From positions 23,980 to 87,979 of the IMG/VR virus record IMGVR_UViG_3300030090_003995: a stretch of DNA of 64,000 nucleotides; one strand, 5' to 3'. Shown piece after piece: positions 49,528-59,228 of the stretch. The translations under genes were made by a program, and so were the position numbers. Below the pieces are notes generated by a model. The model did not search any database. It was not told the DNA's origin and saw only the letters and a program-made list of their open reading frames with translations. The stretch is from a virus. How positions within the stretch are numbered: the stretch's first letter is position 1; each line of letters begins with the position of its first letter.

Positions 49528-50742
49528 TTAAAACCAACCAGTGTAGGTTTCGCCACTATCTTGTGTTGTAGAGGGAGAACCATGCTTATCCAATACAATT
49601 ACACCAAATACATTGATGCTACATTGTCGCATTTCCCCAGTCTCTTGATTTTGTGACTGATTTGAACGACCGATAACCAAAATTTGGCTACCAATTCCAA
49701 AGTCCAAATCAACGTGTTCAGGAACCCAACATGGAGTTGCACCTTGCGGATTGTCGTAATCAAATTCAGAATTCAAATCTGAAATATACAATGTGCGATT
49801 TCCATTAGAGTTTGGGTTCATATACATATTTGTTACCGTTCCATCTGTAACAACAAGACGTTCCTTAGCAGGGCGATTCTTATTATTCACATGGTAATTT
49901 TCCAAATTAATTAATGGGCAAACAAATCCTCGCATATTTTCTGCAATCAGAGTTTGCAGATTATGGTTCGCAGGTTGTGGGTTCTCCAATTCATCATTAT
50001 ACATGATGGTTTCCAAATTTGGAGCATATAGATTTCCACTATCCAAATGGTCTTGAGTAGCAAATACATCAATGTAAACTGCTCGCTCGTTATCAACATT
50101 CCAATTCTTTGCCTTGTCACCCTTTAGACCAATTCTCCAATATTGAGTCTCCTTTCCTTCAAGGGAACCAATAAAGTGTACCCCTCGCTGAAAATTATTC
50201 AACGGTTTAGGATGACCATACTTCTTGTTTTCTTTACCAAACAGGAATTTTTGGTCATCAATAGGAACAATCAAATTTCCATTTACTTCCATTACAGATT
50301 CAGGAAGTTCAGTATTATTCAAAGGTCGGGTCAATACTTCATTATCCATAACTTGACTAACTTCATAGCCTGTTTCTGTTTTACGCAGACGCGCATATTT
50401 TCCGGCATTGAAAGTAGTGTTCTCATCACGAATAATTGCAGCCTTTAATTGGTCACGATTATATTGTTCAAAGTCTCGCAAATCCTCAACCGCAACAACA
50501 TATCCAAAAACGGTGTGATTATCATTACCTTTATTAGATTGTGTGGGTTCTACGCCTGTGTCCAATACTCGCTTTTTTCCAGCAAACCATTGTCTAAATA
50601 GAGTGATAGCAATTTGATTTTGCTCATCACCTAATCCATTTGTGGACTTAATTTCATTCCATTTTTCTTCAATTGCAGACAATTCCATATTTAGAATTCC
50701 TGCCGCTTTTGTCAGTTCATTTCTCACATTTTCATCGTTCAT
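49528..50742 (-). CDS. RPA-like OB-fold ssDNA-binding protein
   Basis: OB-like strands (VVTDGTV...LYISD...CWV...GIGSQILVIGRS...INVFGV); aromatic C-terminal tail; next to the Sak4-like gene. Confidence 0.6.
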   Translation of the reverse strand: MNDENVRNELTKAAGILNMELSAIEEKWNEIKSTNGLGDEQNQIAITLFRQWFAGKKRVLDTGVEPTQSNKGNDNHTVFGYVVAVEDLRDFEQYNRDQLKAAIIRDENTTFNAGKYARLRKTETGYEVSQVMDNEVLTRPLNNTELPESVMEVNGNLIVPIDDQKFLFGKENKKYGHPKPLNNFQRGVHFIGSLEGKETQYWRIGLKGDKAKNWNVDNERAVYIDVFATQDHLDSGNLYAPNLETIMYNDELENPQPANHNLQTLIAENMRGFVCPLINLENYHVNNKNRPAKERLVVTDGTVTNMYMNPNSNGNRTLYISDLNSEFDYDNPQGATPCWVPEHVDLDFGIGSQILVIGRSNQSQNQETGEMRQCSINVFGVIVLDKHGSPSTTQDSGETYTGWF

Positions 50743-50751
50743 TTTTTCACC

Positions 50752-51657
50752 TCAAATTTGGGCAATCATCCAAGACGCTACGATTCTTGGCGTCATGGTG
50801 TTACTTCTATATTCTGTTTCTCCTATAATTCTTAAGAATTTATATTTTAATTCGCTATCATATTCTCCCTTCAGTAATACGTCATGTAGACCATGACATA
50901 TATCTTTAACAGAATGGCCTGAAAACAACATATTTTGCATTTCAGTTAAAGCCTTACTATTTCTGTTAATCATTAGTTCCAGAAGAACCCTGTGTGTCGA
51001 GTCCCGCTCAGACTTATGGCTATTTAAGGGCTTGCCTCCGGCAGTAATTGCTTGAAGTTCCCCAATAGCCTTTCTTAAATCACCATGATGAGAAAGAGCG
51101 AATTTACTCAATTCAGTTGTTGAATCAATTTCAATCCCTTCATTCATTAAGATACGTTCAAGGGTAAACTCAATTATTTCTGGATGCACTAACTTAAAAT
51201 GATAACTAGCACATCTAGATTGAATTGGGTAAATAATCTTGTTTCTATCATTACAGGTAATAATGAACCTTACATTTGAATGATACCTCTCCATGACTCT
51301 TTTAAGAGCATTTTGAGCATCAAGAATCATTCCTTCCATTTCATCTAATAACACAATCTTAAATGGGACATTACCCATTTTTCCTGTTGCGGCGAAGTCT
51401 TTTATTTTCGTTCTTACCGCTTCTAATTTTCTATCATCACTAGCATTTAGTTCTAAAAAATTTGTACTAAAATCTTCCTTTAGAACATCTTTTGCTAATG
51501 CAATTCCGGCACTCGTTTTACCTGTTCCTGCCGGTCCGTAAAGTAATAGGTTAGGAATCTCATTATTTTCAATCCAACTCTTTGCATCTTCAACAAATAA
51601 TTCATTACCCATCACTTCATTAATAGTCTTAGGTCTATACTTTTCAGTCCATAGCAT
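50752..51657 (-). CDS. rfcS: replication factor C small subunit
   Basis: WTEKYRP, GPAGTGKT, LELNASD, LLDEME, PIQSRC, GDLRKAI. Confidence 0.95.
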   Translation of the reverse strand: MLWTEKYRPKTINEVMGNELFVEDAKSWIENNEIPNLLLYGPAGTGKTSAGIALAKDVLKEDFSTNFLELNASDDRKLEAVRTKIKDFAATGKMGNVPFKIVLLDEMEGMILDAQNALKRVMERYHSNVRFIITCNDRNKIIYPIQSRCASYHFKLVHPEIIEFTLERILMNEGIEIDSTTELSKFALSHHGDLRKAIGELQAITAGGKPLNSHKSERDSTHRVLLELMINRNSKALTEMQNMLFSGHSVKDICHGLHDVLLKGEYDSELKYKFLRIIGETEYRSNTMTPRIVASWMIAQI

Positions 51658-51946
51658 CTCTAATTTCCTCCTTTAAATCATAAACTTTACCTGCGGCTTT
51701 TCCTCTATCTTCAACAACAACAAATACATCCGTTCTTCCACCTAAAACAGTGTAAAGACTGTGCGCCGCAGGATAATATCTCCATCTTTTCTTCATTCTT
51801 TCTGTTAATTGTAAGTAATCTCCCGGCCCTTCATCTTTAATTACTTTAATAATCTTCCATAATGTTGAGGGCTTGGAAGATGTAATTCCCTCCGGTAATC
51901 TCATTCCGGATTGGGAACCTCTTGTTCTACCTTTTTTACTAACCAT
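51644..51946 (-). CDS. small basic protein, possible winged helix
   Basis: ORF track; helix-helix-hairpin pattern. Confidence 0.55.
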   Translation of the reverse strand: MVSKKGRTRGSQSGMRLPEGITSSKPSTLWKIIKVIKDEGPGDYLQLTERMKKRWRYYPAAHSLYTVLGGRTDVFVVVEDRGKAAGKVYDLKEEIRDAMD

Positions 51947-52782
51947 TAAAAATCCTCCAAAGTTTTTGTGTAATCTTTTTTGTACGACTTATTCACACGA
52001 TTTTTCTTTTCGCCGTAACCTAACATACGCCACTGTTGATGACTCACTTTAGTTTTAACAAAGTCTCTAACTTCTTTATCTTTCAACAAATCCTTAAGAA
52101 GATACCTCTCATTACTTCTCAACCCTATTTTTCTACAAATTTTATCCACTTCAGTATATTTACCCCTCTTCGGTGAATTTACATTATACCCTTTACCTTT
52201 GTGACCAAATGCCACTAATTCATAGATATAGTTCGTAGGCCACCTCCATTTAACATGGCCATCAATAAATGCTATTTTATTGGGGTGGACATTTTCATTT
52301 AACCAAATCATCAATTGGGGTATTGAAGGTTTGTTATATTTTAACATATCCGCAACGTAATTTCTATCGGTATTATTCACATACTGCCTCATCATCGAAT
52401 ACATATCTTTCTTAACTTCGTCTGGTTCATCTGAATTTGGCGCAATATTCATAATCTTATCTCTACCAATTTTTCCAGTCTGTCTACGCAACTTACATCT
52501 ATTTTTAATCTTCTTAGGCACATCCTTCTCATTGAGGGAAGTTAGAATAATTTTACCCTTATACGTTCTAAATATTTCTAGAATAGAATCGACGTTCGCT
52601 TTGTGGTGAACATCTTCGATTAAAATACCATTTTCTTTAGGAAAGGAATAACTATCAGTGGGAATTTCATTCGCATACATTATGATAGGTTCTCCTAATT
52701 CTTTAATCGCCCTTGTTGTTTTTCCAGTCATGGGTTTACCAACAATCAATTGTGGCTGTTCTTGTACATAATTTGTCAACAT
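51946..52782 (-). CDS. divergent RFC large-subunit-like ATPase
   Basis: IVGKPMTGKTT, ILIEDVH, IILTS, IWLNENV; adjacent to rfcS. Confidence 0.6.
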   Translation of the reverse strand: MLTNYVQEQPQLIVGKPMTGKTTRAIKELGEPIIMYANEIPTDSYSFPKENGILIEDVHHKANVDSILEIFRTYKGKIILTSLNEKDVPKKIKNRCKLRRQTGKIGRDKIMNIAPNSDEPDEVKKDMYSMMRQYVNNTDRNYVADMLKYNKPSIPQLMIWLNENVHPNKIAFIDGHVKWRWPTNYIYELVAFGHKGKGYNVNSPKRGKYTEVDKICRKIGLRSNERYLLKDLLKDKEVRDFVKTKVSHQQWRMLGYGEKKNRVNKSYKKDYTKTLEDF

Positions 52783-53180
52783 TACAATAGCCCCTTTAAT
52801 TTCAATAATTTATCTAAACCCACTTGGGTATTATGTTCTCCTTCATAAATAGTATCAAGCGCTAATTTAAAATAATCCCATTGAATTTTAGAATCGGGAT
52901 AATTTGGAACAAGACTTGCTAGACGGACTAGATTTGTTATTCCAGAAACCCATAAAACGGGTTTTGGTCGTACCTTACTTTCTGCTAATCTATATTGTGA
53001 CTCAATATTTTCTTCCTCTAACGCACCTTGAACATATTCTAAAAATGCAGAAGAATCAGCCCTAAAAAATACTCGCGCTCTAACTTCATACCCAAGATTC
53101 TTTTTCTCATTTCGGTAAATAGTCAATTCGGGCCGCGATGCCGCCAATAAAATTCCTTGTAATTGTTCTCTACTAAGCAC
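52782..53180 (-). CDS. degenerate single-domain LAGLIDADG protein
   Basis: LQGILLAAS helix lacks the acidic residue; GYEVRARVFF; C-terminal GEHNTQVGLDKLLKLK resembles the I-CreI-type tail. Confidence 0.55.
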   Translation of the reverse strand: MLSREQLQGILLAASRPELTIYRNEKKNLGYEVRARVFFRADSSAFLEYVQGALEEENIESQYRLAESKVRPKPVLWVSGITNLVRLASLVPNYPDSKIQWDYFKLALDTIYEGEHNTQVGLDKLLKLKGLL

Positions 53181-53526
53181 CCATATCACTTCCAAACACA
53201 CCAACATATTCATGTGGTAATCTAAGGTGGTCTAGACCATCACTAATCAACAATGGTATAAATTCATATTCAAAGTCACCCGGAAAAACCCATTGAAGAT
53301 TCCAACCTCTAGGCCAACTTTCTTCTTCATCATCCAAAGTTATTTCTCTAATAGATTGCATATATCTAGCAGTATCAAAACCTTCATCCAATAGAGTCAT
53401 AGTTAATCCTTTATTGATAATCGAATTATCCTTAACGGTATAAGCACCATAGACCATAAAGGTATATGTTGTTACAGAACCAAATCGCTCTACCCAATCC
53501 ATAATATCTTCATTAAACATCTTCAT
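53173..53526 (-). CDS. hypothetical protein
   Basis: ORF track. Confidence 0.6.
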   Translation of the reverse strand: MKMFNEDIMDWVERFGSVTTYTFMVYGAYTVKDNSIINKGLTMTLLDEGFDTARYMQSIREITLDDEEESWPRGWNLQWVFPGDFEYEFIPLLISDGLDHLRLPHEYVGVFGSDMGA

Positions 53527-54010
53527 CCCCTTCTCGCCTTTCTTCATCTAAATGAAACCAAATAGATTCTTTTCTAGCGTAATCATTTTGGTCCTCTTCA
53601 TAATACCTATAATTGTGGTTGTAATAAATTGGTCTGAAATGTGCCGGCATTAATCGCCTATCGCCATTATCAATAGCATTAGCGATACAATCATCTAATA
53701 CTCTATGTAATAAATCATCAATCATTTCATAAGCATACGCAATAAATTCCTTAGATACTTGAAATTCTTCACCGGAATTCTTTTTGAAAAAGGAACCCAA
53801 ATGTATCTTTGAATTAAACTTTGGCAACTTTTCCATTGTTGGTACAACTAATTTACCTTCATCAAAATATGGCACTTCTCGCCAATACATTTTCTTAGAT
53901 TTGCCACGCGCATTTGGTTGGCGCATATATACCCAACCATTATCAATCTTTTCAATCATATAAATATCTGCACCAATTGGCACAATATCTCCAACTTCTT
54001 GAGTTTTCAT
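53513..54010 (-). CDS. SH3-like N-terminal domain + histone-fold protein
   Basis: QVSKEFIAYAYEMIDDLLHRVLDDCIANAIDNGDRRLMPAHF fits the histone alpha2-L2-alpha3 layout. Confidence 0.55.
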   Translation of the reverse strand: MKTQEVGDIVPIGADIYMIEKIDNGWVYMRQPNARGKSKKMYWREVPYFDEGKLVVPTMEKLPKFNSKIHLGSFFKKNSGEEFQVSKEFIAYAYEMIDDLLHRVLDDCIANAIDNGDRRLMPAHFRPIYYNHNYRYYEEDQNDYARKESIWFHLDEERREGDEDV

Positions 54011-54011
54011 T

Positions 54012-54113
54012 CTACATCATCTCCAATACAATATTTACAAAGAATGCTAAACTGCCTAGACAGTAAAAACATACTCGCGAATAAAACATAACATTCTTTT
54101 TCGCATCACTCAC
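54012..54113 (-). CDS. hydrophobic micro-protein (33 aa)
   Basis: Manual translation MSDAKKNVMFYSRVCFYCLGSLAFFVNIVLEMM*; GTG overlaps the ligase stop. Confidence 0.45.
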   Translation of the reverse strand: MSDAKKNVMFYSRVCFYCLGSLAFFVNIVLEMM

Positions 54114-55636
54114 TACATCATCTCCTTTAAATCATCAATAGTATTAATATCACTTACAGGTTTGTCATCTCTAATTCTAACCAACCGTGGGAATCTTAGA
54201 CCGTAACCACCTTGTTCATTTGTAGTTACCATATCCGCTTTAATTTCTAATACAATTCTTGGCAATACATTATGTGTTCCATCTGTGTAATCAGTAACTA
54301 AAGGTTTTAATTGTTGGGTCATATTAATAAAATCCATATCTGAAAATCCTGTTCCAGTTGCACCAACATTAATAAATTGTGAACCATTAGAAACTGCAAT
54401 ATCAAAAGAAGCAAATACATTTGCTCTTTTACCATCTCCGTATCTAGCACCTGTTACCACTAAATCAAGATTAATTTGTGGTGGTTTATACTTGAACCAT
54501 TTGCGCTTTCCTGACTCATATTTACCATTTAGGTCTTTTACCATGATACCCTCGAATCCCCCTGCAATTGCTTCATTGTAAAATTCAATACTGTTTTTAC
54601 CTTCTTTTGCCCTTAAAGCCTGATATGGAAATCGCTCTATGGAGGCCATTCTGACGCGCAAAGACTCATCAATGAGGCTCACGCCCTCAACCATCAAAGC
54701 GTCAAACACGGCCACTGTTACAGGGCATTTTAGAGCGGCTTCAGCATGGTTCTTACTATGAAATCGGGTGTTCATCTTCTTGAATTCAGCAGGTCGCCCA
54801 TTTGTTAAAACGGGATATATTTCAGTATCAATAATAAAGTCCTTTATGTCACACTCATTCAAAAACATCTCAACAACATCAGGAAACTGTTGAGTTACAA
54901 TTTTACCACTACGGTTGAAAATAGTAATTTCATCCTGCTTTCGATGAATTTGGTATCTAGCCCCATCATACTTAATATCCATGAGTTTTTCTCTAGGCCA
55001 TTTATTACGAGGAACCTCTTTAGCCAACATTGGTTTTAGAAATGTTGCGTATGATAAATTATTACTAGGTTCTTCACCCGCTTCATACGCCTTTACAATA
55101 TCAGTGTAGGAATTAGTGGCCGCAGATTTTTTAACTTCCGAATCTTTTTTATCATAAATCTTACCCAAAAGTTTTCCGAAGTTCCCTTTACCAAAACCGT
55201 GACGAAGTGTTCTTGTCCAATAACGAACAAACCACTTCTTTTCCAACGCACTCATTCTATTGAATGCAAAATTCCAAGCATTAAAAGAATCCCCATCCAT
55301 TTTACTACAATCAAGAATAAGAACGTTATAGACTTGAAGAATACTAAATCCACTATCTTCACCATTTTCATCAAAGAAATAAACGCCTTCTCCTAAATCA
55401 CCATACATATTTGCATACTGTTCGATTTCATCATCAAACGCATCATAGTGACTAGTAATCCATTTAATTGCTTTCTTCTTACCCAAATTATTCTGTGGGT
55501 ACTCTAACGTCAATAGTGACGCCACAAGATGCTTTTCGGGTAAATTATCCCAAGACCTACGAATAACACCAATAGATGCCGTAGGTGTTAAATCCTCAAT
55601 CGCTTCATTCATTCTACAAAAATTAATCCAACTCAT
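54113..55636 (-). CDS. lig: ATP-dependent DNA ligase (replicative, with N-terminal DNA-binding domain)
   Basis: KPMLA, IKYDGAR, IIDTEI, VFDAL, EGIMVK, WFKYK, LRFPR; start placed at ATG 55636. Confidence 0.92.
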   Translation of the reverse strand: MSWINFCRMNEAIEDLTPTASIGVIRRSWDNLPEKHLVASLLTLEYPQNNLGKKKAIKWITSHYDAFDDEIEQYANMYGDLGEGVYFFDENGEDSGFSILQVYNVLILDCSKMDGDSFNAWNFAFNRMSALEKKWFVRYWTRTLRHGFGKGNFGKLLGKIYDKKDSEVKKSAATNSYTDIVKAYEAGEEPSNNLSYATFLKPMLAKEVPRNKWPREKLMDIKYDGARYQIHRKQDEITIFNRSGKIVTQQFPDVVEMFLNECDIKDFIIDTEIYPVLTNGRPAEFKKMNTRFHSKNHAEAALKCPVTVAVFDALMVEGVSLIDESLRVRMASIERFPYQALRAKEGKNSIEFYNEAIAGGFEGIMVKDLNGKYESGKRKWFKYKPPQINLDLVVTGARYGDGKRANVFASFDIAVSNGSQFINVGATGTGFSDMDFINMTQQLKPLVTDYTDGTHNVLPRIVLEIKADMVTTNEQGGYGLRFPRLVRIRDDKPVSDINTIDDLKEMM

Positions 55637-55716
55637 TCTAATTCTCTCCATTCTTTTATTATCCATAGTGCAAATGTTCCCCATATAAACAACATACACC
55701 AATACGCTTGGCTCAT
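55633..55716 (-). CDS. hydrophobic micro-protein (27 aa)
   Basis: Manual translation MSQAYWCMLFIWGTFALWIIKEWRELE*; TAATG and ATGA overlaps. Confidence 0.45.
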   Translation of the reverse strand: MSQAYWCMLFIWGTFALWIIKEWRELE

Positions 55717-56033
55717 TATTTTCGCCTCACGATTCTCTTTTTATTAGTAATATTTTTTGATAGTTTAGGAGGTCTATTTACATACTCCATACCCCTAGCA
55801 ACTTGGCAACAAAGCCGAATTTTTTGAGTAGATTCTAATTCCCAAAAAGAATCCTCTTTCCACCCAAACTTCTTTTCGATGTGGCGGCATAATTCTCTCC
55901 TCGATTTTTGTTGCAAGTCCATATCAATAGGGACTTTTAAAATTACATCTGTATCATGGTCAAGACCTTTATCTAACCAAACATACACATTTCCCATGAA
56001 GGAAATAATCTTTCGTCTAAGCCATTGACTCAT
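55716..56033 (-). CDS. hypothetical basic protein
   Basis: ATG 56033 after GGAGGAGG. Confidence 0.6.
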   Translation of the reverse strand: MSQWLRRKIISFMGNVYVWLDKGLDHDTDVILKVPIDMDLQQKSRRELCRHIEKKFGWKEDSFWELESTQKIRLCCQVARGMEYVNRPPKLSKNITNKKRIVRRK

Positions 56034-56263
56034 TCTTCCTCCTCCTTCATTTTTTGAATTTGTGGGTCCATCATGCCCATTAACATCTGTTGTACAATTG
56101 TTAAACAATCTCGCATTCCCATCATGTGGCCCAAAGCGAATGGTAATGATTCATAGTAAATTTCAATTAATTCTTCCAAAGATTTACCACTTTTCTCTTC
56201 CAAGAAGCCTTGTGCATCTTGAACGCCCTGTAACAATTCTTGAAAATTAATTTTACTCATCAT
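56030..56263 (-). CDS. hypothetical protein
   Basis: GGTGAG RBS upstream of MMSKINF. Confidence 0.55.
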   Translation of the reverse strand: MMSKINFQELLQGVQDAQGFLEEKSGKSLEELIEIYYESLPFALGHMMGMRDCLTIVQQMLMGMMDPQIQKMKEEEE

Positions 56264-56501
56264 TCTCACCATTAAATAAGTTAGGCCAGATTTCACCAAA
56301 TGCAGAATTTACATCGGTTACTAAAATTCTTTGTGGACCTTCGCCCCATCTTCTCCCCTTTGCATCTTGCGCTCTTTCCGCAAGAAACACCATCAACGAT
56401 TCAATATTTGCGATGAATGTTTTCTTTGCACCGCTTGTCCATTGGTCATTACTCTTCGATTTCTTTATTATTCTCTTCATTTCTAGTTCGCTCACCATCA
56501 T
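56253..56501 (-). CDS. single histone-fold protein
   Basis: MKRIIKKS...WTSGAKKTFIANIESLMVFLAERAQDA...RILVTDVNSAF parallels the alpha1/alpha2/alpha3 layout of archaeal histones. Confidence 0.6.
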   Translation of the reverse strand: MMVSELEMKRIIKKSKSNDQWTSGAKKTFIANIESLMVFLAERAQDAKGRRWGEGPQRILVTDVNSAFGEIWPNLFNGENDE

Positions 56502-56694
56502 TAATCCTCCCTAATATGTTTGCCAAATGTCTTAATTCTGTCATGTTAATCCTAATACCCTTCCGCGTAGGTTTACCATCCTTATGCCAACGAATATCTA
56601 CAATAGGAATATTCCAATATTTACCAGTTTTTATTAGTATTTCTTCCGTCGCTGTTCTTGGAATGCGACCTCTCACTTCAAAATCATCAGCCAA
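56449..56694 (-). CDS. PC4/YdbC-like ssDNA-binding protein
   Basis: VDIRWHKDGKPTRKGIRI signature. Confidence 0.85.
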   Translation of the reverse strand: MADDFEVRGRIPRTATEEILIKTGKYWNIPIVDIRWHKDGKPTRKGIRINMTELRHLANILGRINDGERTRNEENNKEIEE

Positions 56695-58249
56695 AGTATT
56701 TCACCTCACCTTCATCAAAATCCTCACCAACTAAAACTTCAGTGGTAAATACTAATCCCGCGATAGAAGCCGCAGTAACTAATGCACTTTTTGTAATCTT
56801 AACAGGGTCTAAAATTCCCGCTTCCCACATATCAGTGTAAACATCATTCTTTGCATCGTAACCATCACGTTTTGATAAATGGCTATAACTCAATTCATGC
56901 CCTGAATTTTCTGCTAATTGTCTAATAGGTGCTTTTAATGCTGAACGTACAATAGAACAGAGGCCTTTCGAGAAATCATCATTTACACAATTCCAAAGTG
57001 CTAATCCGCCACCAACAACAATTCCTTCTTGAAGTGCCGCCTTTGTCGCATTTAAAGCATCATCCAACCTTTCTTTAGTTTCTCGAATTTCAATATCGGT
57101 TGAACCTCCAACCTTAATCAATGCTACACCACCCAAAAGTCTACCTATTCGCTTATGTAATTTTTCTTTAAACCACTCATTAGTTTGTGATTTCATTTGG
57201 TTAGATAATTCTTTAGCGCGAGCAGTAATGTTTTCGCTTTCCTCATCTGTTGAATCGTGAATCATAGTAGTAGATAATTGACCAATTTTAACTTTATCAA
57301 CAACACCCAAATCTTCTAACTTCACATTAGAAATCTTCATTCCCAAATCAGCATTGAATACAGTACCCCCAATCATTGATTGAATATCCTTTAGAATTTC
57401 TACCTGCTCATCACCAAAGTCTGGAGTTTTCATAGCACACGCATTTACAATCTTATTATGCACATTTGCTAACAAATTAGGAAACGCGGTCCCTTCCAAT
57501 TCTTTACACATAATTAACAAAGGTTTCTTTTCTGACATAGAAATCTCTAGGGCCGGAAGCAATTCGTTAATGTTATTGATAGTCTCATTAGACATTAACA
57601 CCAAACAATTACTAAACTCACAATGAGTACCCTCTTCATTGTTAATCATAAGGTGACTCATATATCCTGAATCCAATTCCATCCCTTCAATAATATCAAA
57701 AGTGGTATCCAGACTTTGACCGTTCTCAATAGAAATAATTCCGTCACGACCAACCTTTTCTACAATATCAGCAATCAATACACCCAATTTAGAATCGTTG
57801 TTTGCGGCAATTGTAGCGACACCCTCTAATTCTTCTCGACCTTTGATTTTTGTAGCCATGCCATCTAATTTTTTCAAAACCAATCTAACATCACTATCCA
57901 TCATTTTCTTTAAATCGACAGGATTTTCTCCATCCTTTACCGCCGCTAATCCATAATGACATAATTGTTGAGCCATAATTGTTGCAGTAGTTGTACCATC
58001 CCCACTATTTTCTTGTGCTTGGGCGGCAACTTCTTGCATTAATTCTACACCCATTTGAACAAATTCATCATCAGATTTAATCGCCTTAGCAATAGTCACA
58101 CCATCATTAATTACGACAGGTTTACCATTCTGCTTAATTACCACTGTTCTTGCTTGTGGCCCCAATGTACATTTAATTGTGTTAGCCACTAAATTAATAC
58201 CATCCATTAGTGCATCTCTAGCCTCTTCATCATATAATATTTCACCCAT
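56687..58249 (-). CDS. groEL: group I chaperonin GroEL
   Basis: TLGP, NDGVTIAK, GDGTTTA, EGMELDSGY, IKVGG, GIVVGGG, GILDP. Confidence 0.95.
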   Translation of the reverse strand: MGEILYDEEARDALMDGINLVANTIKCTLGPQARTVVIKQNGKPVVINDGVTIAKAIKSDDEFVQMGVELMQEVAAQAQENSGDGTTTATIMAQQLCHYGLAAVKDGENPVDLKKMMDSDVRLVLKKLDGMATKIKGREELEGVATIAANNDSKLGVLIADIVEKVGRDGIISIENGQSLDTTFDIIEGMELDSGYMSHLMINNEEGTHCEFSNCLVLMSNETINNINELLPALEISMSEKKPLLIMCKELEGTAFPNLLANVHNKIVNACAMKTPDFGDEQVEILKDIQSMIGGTVFNADLGMKISNVKLEDLGVVDKVKIGQLSTTMIHDSTDEESENITARAKELSNQMKSQTNEWFKEKLHKRIGRLLGGVALIKVGGSTDIEIRETKERLDDALNATKAALQEGIVVGGGLALWNCVNDDFSKGLCSIVRSALKAPIRQLAENSGHELSYSHLSKRDGYDAKNDVYTDMWEAGILDPVKITKSALVTAASIAGLVFTTEVLVGEDFDEGEVKYFG

Positions 58250-58251
58250 AA

Positions 58252-58485
58252 TTATTCCTCCGTATACATTACATCTTGCCAATGAATACAAATATATCCA
58301 TTCATTGGTAGCGCAGACCTATGTTGTTTGTAATAAACTTTCTTACCTATCAGAGTTTTAAATTCTTCCGGGCATTCCTCACCGATAGAAATTACTTTCA
58401 TCGCCGCACCCTGATTAGTCACAATTCCAGACTCAGTAGTTTCTTCAACATGAGCCATTACTACCCAATTTCCATACGCTCTCAT
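58252..58485 (-). CDS. groES: GroES-like co-chaperonin
   Basis: GNWVV, EETTESGIV mobile loop, KVISIG, GKKVYY; directly upstream of groEL. Confidence 0.75.
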   Translation of the reverse strand: MRAYGNWVVMAHVEETTESGIVTNQGAAMKVISIGEECPEEFKTLIGKKVYYKQHRSALPMNGYICIHWQDVMYTEE

Positions 58486-58640
58486 TCTTCTTCACCAACT
58501 TCTTCTAACATACTTAATGCGATTGCATAGATAATATCATGCTTCTCTTCAGGCCATTCTTTATTTAGAATATCCCAAAGGATTACAGAATCCTCATCAC
58601 TTACTTTATTTGCTACTGCTTTTACTAAATCAATATTCAT
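58482..58640 (-). CDS. small hypothetical protein
   Basis: MNIDLVKAVANK... after GGTGG RBS. Confidence 0.5.
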   Translation of the reverse strand: MNIDLVKAVANKVSDEDSVILWDILNKEWPEEKHDIIYAIALSMLEEVGEEE

Positions 58641-58773
58641 TAAAACCACCACTCTCTTCATTTGTGTAACCACACTTACGACATTTCCAAAAATATACAA
58701 ATTGGACTTGTCTACCGTCATAACTTCTATCATGCTCTTCTCGCATATTTGCACCACACATAGGACACCTCAT
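58630..58773 (-). CDS. small Zn-ribbon protein (47 aa)
   Basis: Manual translation MRCPMCGANM...WKCRKCGYTNEESGGFNEY*. Confidence 0.6.
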   Translation of the reverse strand: MRCPMCGANMREEHDRSYDGRQVQFVYFWKCRKCGYTNEESGGFNEY

Positions 58774-59228
58774 TCTTCTTCACCTCCGACCCAATCAGGA
58801 ATTTCTACTCTTTGATAAAATACAGTTTGGGGTTCTCCCTTTCGCCATTCCATAGATTGATTGTCACCTAGAACAATTGCATAATTCATAATAGGTTCCC
58901 ACGTTTTAATTGTGTTCCAGTCTGTTCCTGAAAAATATGCTTGACCAAACGGATGAGTATGAATCCAACATTCGATAGGTAAAGTCATTCCCGTAGGTGG
59001 TTCTTTAAACCAAACAAATCCGGGGTCTCCGGCAGAAATATAAATATTCATCTTACCATCAATAACCACTTGCACTTCGCGCCCAATATCAAACGCGGTT
59101 AAACTCATTTCCCAAATAGTATCTAAGAAATTCTCGTCTACAAATTCAAAATTTCCATCAGCCCAAGCATTCTTAATCTGCTCTTCCCAATCTTCAATCT
59201 TCACTTCAATACTTTCACTTGACAACAT
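58770..59228 (-). CDS. JAB/MPN+ (JAMM) metalloprotease
   Basis: GREV...WIHTHPFGQAYFSGTD = E...HxH(x7)SxxD. Confidence 0.9.
   Translation of the reverse strand: MLSSESIEVKIEDWEEQIKNAWADGNFEFVDENFLDTIWEMSLTAFDIGREVQVVIDGKMNIYISAGDPGFVWFKEPPTGMTLPIECWIHTHPFGQAYFSGTDWNTIKTWEPIMNYAIVLGDNQSMEWRKGEPQTVFYQRVEIPDWVGGEEE

Noticed and set aside
48400-55636. MSW starts on early genes (Sak4-like MSWASQTT; ligase MSWINFCR)
   Set aside because: They lack the hydrophobic-hydrophobic-Lys ending, so they are not counted as leader proteins; they do show that MSW alone can arise from ATGA overlaps.
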